From Bacteroidales bacterium (GTDB lineage: Bacteria > Bacteroidota > Bacteroidia > Bacteroidales > B18-G4): DNA of 64,000 nucleotides. The translations under genes and the position numbers were made by a program. Position 1 is the first letter of the stretch, and the number at the start of each line of letters is the position of its first letter. The stretch lies in contig JAGYMZ010000010.1 of the NCBI GenBank assembly GCA_018400295.1, positions 4,579 through 68,578 of the forward strand, in the 5' to 3' direction. Shown here one piece after another: positions 41,062 to 48,725 of this stretch. A model generated the notes under the pieces. It was given only the letters and a program-made list of their open reading frames with translations, was not told the origin of the DNA and ran no database searches.

Positions 41062-43050
41062 CTATTTTTTATAGCAATACCTGTTGATCGCCTTATACGC
41101 TTCCTGTATTCCGAATTCGCCCGATTTCCCAAGATCTGAGCAGGCTTCATCAATGCGGTTCAGATATATCCTGGTAAGCCCCCGGTTATAATAGGCCTCA
41201 CCAAACGCATGATCATACCGGATCGCAGAAGTATAATCCTGTATGGCGCCTTCATAATCTTTCATGGCCAATCGTATTGTCGCCCGGTTGAAGTATGCAA
41301 CAGACCAATTCGGATCCAGCCCGATGGCCGTATTCAGATCGTCCAGGGCCGGTGAAAAATCCATGGACCTGGTTTCCTGGGCTATGATGGCCGGATCGGT
41401 CTTGCCCCAGGAAATGCTCACCTTTTGCCCGTATGTATCCCCGGAACCACGGAGCAATTCCATTTTATAATGGATGGCTGCCCGGTTCAGGTAAGCCGGT
41501 GCATATTCATCATCGATATATATAACACGATCGTATGCGTCCGCAGCATTTTTATAATTTTTCAGCAAGCCATTGATGATCCCGTCAAGCATCACCGCTT
41601 CAACAGAAACCGGATCATAGACCATGAGACTGTCTGAGATCTTTTTATATTTCATAGCATCGGTTTCCTTCAGGGAAATACGGGAATTGTTCAGGGTGGT
41701 GGAAAGGGAGTGATTGTTTGTCAGGGGTATTTCAAAGGATTTCTCAAAATACCTGCCCGACCTGGACGCATCAATATAGCGACGGTTATCCGTGACCAAC
41801 GTGATCATAAACAACCCTTCCGGTTCAAGTGATCTATCCCTTGTGGCAACATCAGCCGCATCTATGCTTCCGGTATTGAAACCGGCCTCAAATTGCAAGA
41901 TCTTCTGAAAATATGCAGAGTCGGCATATTTCTTCAGGAGCCTTTCCTGGGCAATCCCGGAACCATGCAAATCGTTGATGATGCGCATGGCCTTTTCATG
42001 ATCCGAACGTGCACCCTCCACATCCCGGAGACTGCTTTTTGCGGCCGAACGGTTCAGGTAAGCTCCGGCAAAATCGGGAAAAAGCTCAATGGCATGGCTG
42101 TAATCATCGATGGCATCCCTGAACGCATCCAGCCGATGATGGGCCACCGCCCGGTTATAATAGGAATAGACATTTTTGGGATTGATTTTTAAAACCTTAT
42201 CAAAATCTTCGATGGCACCCTCCAGGTTGTTCATACCGGATTTCAGCAGGGCACGGTTATAATATGTAAGGGCATTGTAAGGATCCAGTTCCAGCACCAT
42301 AGAATAATCCTGCAAGGCTCCCAAGGTATCCTGGAGATTAATGCGGGCCAGGGCCCGGTTAAAATATGCATAGGGATCTGTGGGATCCAGTTTTACGGCT
42401 TGCTGAAAATCGTTGAGGGCTTCCGCATAATCATCCATTTGAATACGGATAAGTCCACGCTTCAAATAAGCCCGTGTATTGAAATAATCCAGCTGAATGG
42501 CTTTGTTGCAATCTTCAATCGCGGCATCATGATCTTTCAGCAACTCCCGGGCCATGGCCCGGTTCAAATAGGCCAGGGCATTGTTGGGATCATATTTGAT
42601 CGCATGATCAAAATCCTTCACCGCGCCGATATAACTCTTCATATGGATCCTGGTGGCACCCCGGCTCACATAAATGGAGGCATCGAAAGGATCAATTTCC
42701 ACGGCTTTGTTAAAATCCTGGAGTGCACTGTGATAGTTTTGCATTTGATCGCGGGTCACTCCCCGGTAATGATACGCCGGAGAGTACAAGGGGTGCATTT
42801 CGACGGCCCGGGTAAAATCCCGCTCGGCCCCCATAAAATCTCCCAGATTATACTTGGCTATACCCCTGAGAAAATAAGGCTCGAAAAGATCCGGTTTGAA
42901 TGTGATAACGACATTAAAATTTTTCAGGGCCGCATTATACTTGTTGTCCATAAGGGCGCCCCTCCCCATGGTCATGAAATGCTTGATGTTTATCTGCGAT
43001 TGCAAAAGCAGGGGTAATATAAAAACACCGATGAATACGTACCTTTTCAA
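41062..43050 (-). CDS. Tetratricopeptide (TPR) repeat protein with an N-terminal signal/anchor
   Basis: There are many 34-aa repeats with A..Y.NRG/A....Y..A..D...A periodicity. The N-terminus MKRYVFIGVFILPLLL is hydrophobic. The gene starts 3 nt after the moaC stop on the same strand. Confidence 0.8.
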   Translation of the reverse strand: MKRYVFIGVFILPLLLQSQINIKHFMTMGRGALMDNKYNAALKNFNVVITFKPDLFEPYFLRGIAKYNLGDFMGAERDFTRAVEMHPLYSPAYHYRGVTRDQMQNYHSALQDFNKAVEIDPFDASIYVSRGATRIHMKSYIGAVKDFDHAIKYDPNNALAYLNRAMARELLKDHDAAIEDCNKAIQLDYFNTRAYLKRGLIRIQMDDYAEALNDFQQAVKLDPTDPYAYFNRALARINLQDTLGALQDYSMVLELDPYNALTYYNRALLKSGMNNLEGAIEDFDKVLKINPKNVYSYYNRAVAHHRLDAFRDAIDDYSHAIELFPDFAGAYLNRSAAKSSLRDVEGARSDHEKAMRIINDLHGSGIAQERLLKKYADSAYFQKILQFEAGFNTGSIDAADVATRDRSLEPEGLFMITLVTDNRRYIDASRSGRYFEKSFEIPLTNNHSLSTTLNNSRISLKETDAMKYKKISDSLMVYDPVSVEAVMLDGIINGLLKNYKNAADAYDRVIYIDDEYAPAYLNRAAIHYKMELLRGSGDTYGQKVSISWGKTDPAIIAQETRSMDFSPALDDLNTAIGLDPNWSVAYFNRATIRLAMKDYEGAIQDYTSAIRYDHAFGEAYYNRGLTRIYLNRIDEACSDLGKSGEFGIQEAYKAINRYCYKK

Positions 43051-43052
43051 GT

Positions 43053-43508
43053 TTACTGTATCTCCTCTTTGGTTTTGCCGGTCAATTTGACATGTTCTAT
43101 GCGCATAGATTTATCCACAGCTTTGCACATATCGTATACGGTAAGCAATGACACCTGGACTGCGGTGAGGGCTTCCATTTCCACACCCGTGGGGCCAATA
43201 CAACGGGCCATGCTGTTGATCCGGATACCCCCTTCCTCTATCCGGGCGTTGACCTCAATTTTTGACAGAGCCAGGGGATGACAGAGGGGTATCAGGTCAC
43301 TGGTGCGCTTGGCCCCCTGTATTCCTGCATATTCAGAAATGCTGATCACATCACCTTTTTTCAGATTGTTTTCCCGGACAAGCTGCAACGTTGATGCTGA
43401 CAACCGGATGAATCCCGTTGCCTTCGCCGTCCGCAACATAGGTTTCTTTGAGCTGACATCCACCATCCTTGCTTTTCCGGATTTATCTATATGACTCAAT
43501 TCGTTCAT
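43053..43508 (-). CDS. moaC: Cyclic pyranopterin monophosphate synthase MoaC
   Basis: The motifs MVDVSSK, GAKRTSDLIPLCHPL and TGVEMEALTAV...YDMCKA are present. Confidence 0.92.
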   Translation of the reverse strand: MNELSHIDKSGKARMVDVSSKKPMLRTAKATGFIRLSASTLQLVRENNLKKGDVISISEYAGIQGAKRTSDLIPLCHPLALSKIEVNARIEEGGIRINSMARCIGPTGVEMEALTAVQVSLLTVYDMCKAVDKSMRIEHVKLTGKTKEEIQ

Positions 43509-43546
43509 GCGTTATGCAGTTTTTCGGTTTGTTTCCATACAATTGC

Positions 43547-44347
43547 TTAACCCCCAATATTGTAAAATGTCCCGCTATGATTCTCCATCCCGCACCAGGG
43601 TTTGTTCTGCAATGCCAGTTCAATAGCCTGTGCGGGGCCCAGCTCCCTGACACTGTAGCCTATGTCGCTGAAGAGACAAGGCTTCAGGTAGCCGTCAGAT
43701 GTGAGCCTCAGCCGGTTGCAATGCCTGCAGTTGCCTCCTTCCCCGCCAATCACTTTTGAAAAAGAACCGGATGTCAGGTTCATTTGTTTGATATACCTTA
43801 CCTGCAGACCCTTCCTTTCAGCATAACGGGTAACATCAACCGCATCAGGCTCAAGCGGTGAATCCCGGATAACACAATTCAACTTAACCGGGGTCAATCC
43901 GGCATTGAGGGCCGCCTCAATACCTTCGAAAACCTTATGAATATTCCCTCCCCTGGTCACTTCTGCATATTTGGCCGGATCCATGGTGTCCAGACTTACA
44001 TTCACCCTGTGCAGCCCCGCATTTTTCAATGCAGCCGCATACCGGTCCAGCAAAATACCATTTGTGGTCATTCCAAAATCACGAATGCCTTCGATCCGCG
44101 ATAATTGCCCGACCAGTGTTATGATGTGCTTGCGTACCAATGGCTCACCCCCGGTCAGTCTGACCTTCCTTACCCCCATTGCCACCGCCACCCTGGCTAC
44201 CTCCGTGATCTCACCGTAAGATAGGATGGCTTCGTGAGGCAGCAGTTTAATGCCGCTCGCGGGCATACAATAAACACAGCGCAGATTGCAACGATCCGTC
44301 ACAGAAATACGCAAATAATCTATGTTGCGGTTAAATTGGTCTAACAT
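43547..44347 (-). CDS. moaA: GTP 3',8-cyclase MoaA (compact 266-aa form)
   Basis: The radical SAM cluster is RISVTDRCNLRCVYCMP. The motifs RLTGGEPL and TTNG are present. The auxiliary cluster reads CRHCNRLRLTSDGYLKPC. The C-terminus ends in the double Gly ...YNIGG. Confidence 0.85.
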   Translation of the reverse strand: MLDQFNRNIDYLRISVTDRCNLRCVYCMPASGIKLLPHEAILSYGEITEVARVAVAMGVRKVRLTGGEPLVRKHIITLVGQLSRIEGIRDFGMTTNGILLDRYAAALKNAGLHRVNVSLDTMDPAKYAEVTRGGNIHKVFEGIEAALNAGLTPVKLNCVIRDSPLEPDAVDVTRYAERKGLQVRYIKQMNLTSGSFSKVIGGEGGNCRHCNRLRLTSDGYLKPCLFSDIGYSVRELGPAQAIELALQNKPWCGMENHSGTFYNIGG

Positions 44348-45506
44348 TTACCATCTCTCCTTCCTTAAGCTCCGTCGCACCTACCGGCAGGGCGATCATG
44401 CCATGTGCATCCGAGAGGGCATGAATATGGGCCGAACCATGATACTCCATTGGATATACCTTGCCATCCCCGCCGATCATCACAGGCATCCAGGACATAC
44501 GATGGGATTTCTTCCTCCGGTATTTTTTACCCATGGGTAAACGGTATGTCGGGAATGATCCGTTCCAACCCATCATTTTCATGATCAAAGGCCGGACAAA
44601 GATCTCAAAAGTATTAAATGAGCTGACCGGGTTCCCGGGCAGCCCAAAAATCCGCTTATCATTCATTTTACAAAAAACCGTCGGTTTTCCGGGTTGAATG
44701 GCTACGGTTTTAAACAGTATTTCCGTACCGAGGTCATCCAGCACGCCGGGGATAAAGTCAAAATCCCCCATCGACACACCGCCGGTCAGAAGTACCACAT
44801 CACATTCATCCATCGCTTTTTCAATAATCTCCCTGGTTGCCGCAGCGGAATCTTCTGCGATCCCATAATATACAGGCTCAGCGCTGGAACGCATGATCTG
44901 TGCAAAAAGCTGGTATCCGTTGCTGTTCCGTATCTGGGAAGGTCCGGGTTTTCTTTCGGGTTCCACAATCTCATCACCGGTAGATAAAACACCCACCCGA
45001 ACCATTTTTGATACGAATGGCTCAACACAACCAACAGAAGCCATGACGGCAATGTGCTGCGGTTGTATTTGCAAGCCATCACGCAAAACCACAGCGCCTG
45101 TTTTAACATCCTCCCCTTTGCGTGCAATATTGGAGCGGGTAGCATGGCCCGTGTAACGGACATACCCTTCCTCCGGCACCTCCGTGTCCTCCACTTTCAT
45201 CACACAATCCGCTCCCCCCGGTACAATCGCTCCGGTCATAATTTTTGAACATTCCCGTTCGGAAACAAAACGTTCAGGAATTTTACCGGCCGGAATTACT
45301 TCAATCACCTTCAGCGTCTTGTCAATATCCTGCATCCGGCACGCATAGCCATCCATGGCCGACTTATCAAATGGGGGCATGTCCAGGTCTGAGATCACAT
45401 CCTGACGCAAAACCCTGCCCAGTGAGATGGAAAAATTTATTCTTTCAACACCCATAAGGGGAATATCCTGCATTATCAATTCAAATGCTTCGTTAAATGG
45501 AATCAT
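44331..45506 (-). CDS. moeA: Molybdopterin molybdotransferase MoeA
   Basis: The motifs DLDMPPFDKSAMDGYA, VGVLSTGDEI, NSNGY, DVVLLTGGVSMGDFD and GLPGNPVS are present. It overlaps the moaA start by 17 nt. Confidence 0.9.
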   Translation of the reverse strand: MIPFNEAFELIMQDIPLMGVERINFSISLGRVLRQDVISDLDMPPFDKSAMDGYACRMQDIDKTLKVIEVIPAGKIPERFVSERECSKIMTGAIVPGGADCVMKVEDTEVPEEGYVRYTGHATRSNIARKGEDVKTGAVVLRDGLQIQPQHIAVMASVGCVEPFVSKMVRVGVLSTGDEIVEPERKPGPSQIRNSNGYQLFAQIMRSSAEPVYYGIAEDSAAATREIIEKAMDECDVVLLTGGVSMGDFDFIPGVLDDLGTEILFKTVAIQPGKPTVFCKMNDKRIFGLPGNPVSSFNTFEIFVRPLIMKMMGWNGSFPTYRLPMGKKYRRKKSHRMSWMPVMIGGDGKVYPMEYHGSAHIHALSDAHGMIALPVGATELKEGEMVNVRPI

Positions 45507-45632
45507 GGCTAATCAATCTAAGATGCTTTCAATAATGCACAAAGATAATGAAAAATCAACCCCTCAGGTCCTTCCCCTTAACATGCCAATCATAAACCAG
45601 CCTTCCAATATCCATATTTCCCGTGGATTTTT

Positions 45633-45664
45633 CTTGCATTATGAACATATGTTCATTATATTTG
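45633..45664 (+). promoter_or_regulatory. Bacteroidota-type promoter (-33 CTTG, -7 TATATTTG) with a 16-bp perfect palindrome in the spacer
   Basis: The -33-like CTTG lies at 45633-45636 and the TAnnTTTG box at 45657-45664. The palindrome ATGAACATATGTTCAT at 45641-45656 sits between them. The region is 32/38 identical to the one at 47237-47274. Confidence 0.6.
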
Positions 45665-45698
45665 CAAACAGATACCATAAACAAAAAAGGAGGTAAAT

Positions 45699-46001
45699 AT
45701 GCCAGGAAGAGACAGAAGGGGACCGCTGGGAGCAGGCCCTTTAACAGGAAGGCGCATGGGATATTGCGCCGGGAACGAAGATCCGGATCCCGGCCATCCC
45801 ATGGGCTTCGGTTTTGGACGTAGGGGAAGATTTTCAGGCAGAAGGGGCAGAGGATACGGAGATACCGGTCCAGGATACCGGAATTATCCGGTTTTTGCTG
45901 ATCTGCATAATAAAGAAGCGTTGGATAATGAGATCGGCGCGCTTAAGGAACAATTATCTTTCCTTGAAAAAACGCGTTCCAAAATGAACGAAGAAACCTA
46001 A
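45699..46001 (+). CDS. DUF5320-like protein (Gly/Arg-rich N-terminus with GYC motif, C-terminal coiled coil)
   Basis: MPGRDRRGPLGAGPLTGRRMGYCAG followed by a coiled coil (ALDNEIGALKEQLSFLEK) matches my memory of PF17253 proteins. It is preceded by AAGGAGGT 5 nt upstream of the ATG. Confidence 0.75.
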   Translation: MPGRDRRGPLGAGPLTGRRMGYCAGNEDPDPGHPMGFGFGRRGRFSGRRGRGYGDTGPGYRNYPVFADLHNKEALDNEIGALKEQLSFLEKTRSKMNEET

Positions 46002-46097
46002 AGATCAATGTTGCCGGTATGATCAGCAGTCGATGCCGGTTTTACCGGCAACAGATCCGTTGCAGAGACAAAACATGAACATCAAAAAACAGATCCC

Positions 46098-46310
46098 ATG
46101 AATACTGGTAAAGGACTTGGACGGGGCGGAGGAAGAGGCCGCAATAAAGGAGGCAGTTATGGCCCTGGCGGATATTGCGTATGTGCCAAATGCGGTGAAA
46201 AACTCCCGCACAAACACGGAACCAAATGCACGAAAATCAAATGCCCCAATTGTGGAAAACCCATGATCAGAGAAGAACTGCTGGAGGAAAAGAGGAAAGA
46301 AAAAAACTAA
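46098..46310 (+). CDS. Small Gly/Arg-rich protein with a CxC-x2-C ... CxxC zinc-ribbon-like motif
   Basis: A 70-aa protein: GRGGGRGRNKGGSYGPGGYCVCAKCGEKLPHKHGTKCTKIKCPNCGKPM. It shares the G-rich/GYC N-terminal theme with the preceding protein. Confidence 0.65.
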   Translation: MNTGKGLGRGGGRGRNKGGSYGPGGYCVCAKCGEKLPHKHGTKCTKIKCPNCGKPMIREELLEEKRKEKN

Positions 46311-46329
46311 AACCACAGATCTGGATGGT

Positions 46330-46527
46330 ATGAGACAAAATGTATGCAAATGGTATTATGTTTGTCCAATGAAAAAGTTTTACGAAGAAGGCAGGCTCGA
46401 CAGACATTGGATCAACAACTATTGCAAAGGTGAATGGCAGAAATGCATCAGATACAAAAACGTGGAAAACAATATTGCGCATCCCGATACAATGCTGCCT
46501 AATGGAGAAATCAATGAACGGTTATGA
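46330..46527 (+). CDS. Small Cys-rich protein (4 Cys), unknown function
   Basis: A 65-aa protein: CKWYYVCPMKKFYEEGRLDRHWINNYCKGEWQKCIRY. It resembles short conserved proteins I recall from anaerobes and methanogens. It lies 19 nt after the previous gene and overlaps the next one. Confidence 0.6.
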   Translation: MRQNVCKWYYVCPMKKFYEEGRLDRHWINNYCKGEWQKCIRYKNVENNIAHPDTMLPNGEINERL

Positions 46528-47245
46528 AAAGGACCCCCTGAAATTCCTGTTGTCAAAAAATGCATTCGATGTACACAGGATCAGGCAAATTGTGACAGGG
46601 AGGAAATATACGGCGGTGTTGTCGGATGAGCATACGATCGGGGTCTGTGCAAACTTTGGGGCACCCGTCAATACAGATAAGCACCATTACAGCAGCATCG
46701 ACCCCAACACGCTTTCACACCGCATTCTGCTCAATGCATACTTTAACAGCATCCTGAACCATGTGGCACCTTGCTTTCGCGATAACGGTGACATCTTTGA
46801 TTCGATTGACTTTAAGCACTATGAGAAGATTGTCATGATCGGATATTTCCGTCCTGTGGCAAAAAAATTCAAGGAGAAGGACATCCCGTTAAGCATCTTT
46901 GATCGCAGGGTTTGCGAGGAGATCCTAACACCTTACGGTCATAAAGAAAAACATCTGAAACAGGCGGATGCAGTGATCCTGACCGCAACTTCCATATTCA
47001 ATGGCACCTTCCCGGAAATCATCCATACGACGAAGCCCGCATGCGATATTTTTGTTTTGGGCCCTTCGGCCATTATGTCTGTTGAACTGTTTCAGTACAA
47101 TAACATTCATGCCATTTTCGGCGCCACTTTCAGGCCGGGTGACCAAAGCGTTCTGAAGGCCATAGCAAATGGGGGAGGTACCCGTTCATTTCTCAGATAC
47201 GGGACCAAATGCATCTTGAAAAACAAACACCACATTTTTGCATAA
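46514..47245 (+). CDS. DUF4213/DUF364-like Rossmann-type protein (putative metal-chelation family)
   Basis: The sequence GVCANFG...KIVMIGYFRPV...ADAVILTATSIFNGTF...VLGPSA...IFGATF fits my memory of DUF364. The start is ATG 46514 or 46502. Either overlaps the upstream gene, which suggests coupling. Confidence 0.7.
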   Translation: MNGYEKDPLKFLLSKNAFDVHRIRQIVTGRKYTAVLSDEHTIGVCANFGAPVNTDKHHYSSIDPNTLSHRILLNAYFNSILNHVAPCFRDNGDIFDSIDFKHYEKIVMIGYFRPVAKKFKEKDIPLSIFDRRVCEEILTPYGHKEKHLKQADAVILTATSIFNGTFPEIIHTTKPACDIFVLGPSAIMSVELFQYNNIHAIFGATFRPGDQSVLKAIANGGGTRSFLRYGTKCILKNKHHIFA

Positions 47246-47268
47246 TGAACATATGTTCACTATTATTG
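47237..47268 (+). promoter_or_regulatory. Second copy of the palindrome-containing promoter (-33 TTTG, -7 TATTATTG)
   Basis: TTTG lies at 47237-47240 and ATGAACATATGTTCAC at 47245-47260, with the 14-bp core TGAACATATGTTCA identical to the first copy. The -7-like box lies at 47261-47268. The spacer is 20 nt, the same as in the first copy. It lies 17 nt upstream of ATG 47285. Confidence 0.6.
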
Positions 47269-47284
47269 CAAAAAAATCCTGGAC

Positions 47285-48646
47285 ATGAAAAAATACGACG
47301 TTGTTATCATCGGAGCCGGCCCGGCAGGGATAATCACTGGGACCACGGCCAAAAAGAAGCATCCCCGAAAATCAATGCTCATGCTGAAGGAAGAAGAGCA
47401 TGGACTGGTACCCTGCGGCATCCCTTACATTTTTCACGCACTTGGGGATATTGACAAAAATAAAATGGGCCCGAAGCCTTTTATCGATGCCGGCGGTGAG
47501 GTCAGAACAGACCCTGCGGAAAAGATCGAACTGAAAGAAAAAAAAATAATATTGAAATCCGGTGATGAGGTAGCTTTTGAAAAACTTGTCTTTGCCACCG
47601 GATCAACCCCGATCATACCCAAATTCATCCCCGGTTACGACCTCGAAAATGTTTTCTATATCAGGAAAAGTTACCGTTACATACAGCAATTATTTCACAC
47701 AATAAAGAAAAAAAAGAATATTGTGATCATCGGTGGCGGCTTTATCGGAGCAGAAGTCGCGGAACAATTGGCCCTCGAGCCGGATAAAAACATATCCCTG
47801 ATTGAAATGGAAGAAGCGTGTTTTATGAGGGCTTTCTCACCGGAACTCAGTAAAATTGCTACCGGAGAGTTAAAAAAGACCAATGTTAATGTACATACTT
47901 CATCCAGAGTGACACAGATCCTTGGCAAAAATCATACGGCCGAAAAGGTCGAGCTCAGCACCGGAAAAATAATCGAAGCGGATGCGATCATCATGGCCAT
48001 AGGATACCACCCGAATACAGCCCTGGCTAAAGAAGCCGGCCTGGAACTGAACCGGATGGGCGGCATCATCGTGGACAACTACGAGAGAACACCCGTGAAG
48101 GATGTTTGTGCGGTTGGGGATTGTTCGCAAACCATCGGGTTTTTGACCGGCACACTGGATAACATCATGCTGGCCTCCACGGCCACTGCCGAAGCACGGG
48201 TACTCGGTTATAATTTGTTTGACATCAACATTAAAAAATACTTCACGGGCACACTTGCCGTTTTTTCCACTGAGATCAACGGATTAGCCATGGCCGGTGC
48301 AGGTGTTAACGAAAACAACGCCGCCAATGCCTATGTAGATTTCGTGTCGGGAAAATTCTCCGATGTTGACAAGCATCCGGGGACTTTCAGGGATGCTTCA
48401 CCCATAACGGTAAAATTATATGTGTCCCCTTCGGATGGAAGCATCCTTGGCGGTGAATCCTGGGGAGCAAATCCGGCCGGCGAGATCATAAACACCATCA
48501 GCCTTGCCATCCAGAAAGGAGTTTCCATTTACGACCTGATCTCGTTTCAGCTCGGGACGCATCCGCTGCTGACTGCAGCACCCACCAAGCCGGTACTTAT
48601 AAAAGCAGCCGAAGCAGCCCTGGAGAAAATCCAGGCCAAAAAATAA
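47285..48646 (+). CDS. FAD-dependent pyridine nucleotide-disulfide oxidoreductase (NADH oxidase/CoA-disulfide reductase-like, single active-site Cys)
   Basis: FAD motif VVIIGAGPAG, candidate redox Cys GLVPCGIPY, NAD motif IVIIGGGFIGAE and the block AVGDC are all present. Length is 453 aa. Confidence 0.85.
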   Translation: MKKYDVVIIGAGPAGIITGTTAKKKHPRKSMLMLKEEEHGLVPCGIPYIFHALGDIDKNKMGPKPFIDAGGEVRTDPAEKIELKEKKIILKSGDEVAFEKLVFATGSTPIIPKFIPGYDLENVFYIRKSYRYIQQLFHTIKKKKNIVIIGGGFIGAEVAEQLALEPDKNISLIEMEEACFMRAFSPELSKIATGELKKTNVNVHTSSRVTQILGKNHTAEKVELSTGKIIEADAIIMAIGYHPNTALAKEAGLELNRMGGIIVDNYERTPVKDVCAVGDCSQTIGFLTGTLDNIMLASTATAEARVLGYNLFDINIKKYFTGTLAVFSTEINGLAMAGAGVNENNAANAYVDFVSGKFSDVDKHPGTFRDASPITVKLYVSPSDGSILGGESWGANPAGEIINTISLAIQKGVSIYDLISFQLGTHPLLTAAPTKPVLIKAAEAALEKIQAKK

Positions 48647-48696
48647 TGTAAATAAGGTGCTTTTAATCCGGCACACACATAATTCAAAAAAACAAC

Positions 48697-48724
48697 GGAG
48701 GGTTTCTCAAAAGGAATACCCTCC
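48697..48724. terminator. Bidirectional hairpin terminator between the convergent oxidoreductase and ppk1 genes
   Basis: The stem GGAGGGT (48697-48703) pairs with ACCCTCC (48718-48724). On the minus strand it begins 1 nt after the ppk1 stop and is followed by GTTGTTTTTTT. On the plus strand it is followed by CTTATTTT. Confidence 0.7.
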
Positions 48725-48725
48725 C

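Noticed and set aside
45507-45640. A possible Moco riboswitch in the 5' leader of moeA (minus strand).
   Set aside because: I read the reverse complement and could not find the conserved Moco-motif elements as I remember them. Only an Infernal/Rfam scan could settle this, so no call is made.
45641-45656. Interpreting the GAAC-N4-GTTC palindromes as LexA (SOS) boxes.
   Set aside because: The core resembles the Gram-positive LexA box. However, the downstream genes are small Cys-rich proteins and an oxidoreductase, not DNA repair genes. No lexA, recA or uvr gene is nearby. I kept it only as an alternative within the operator finding.
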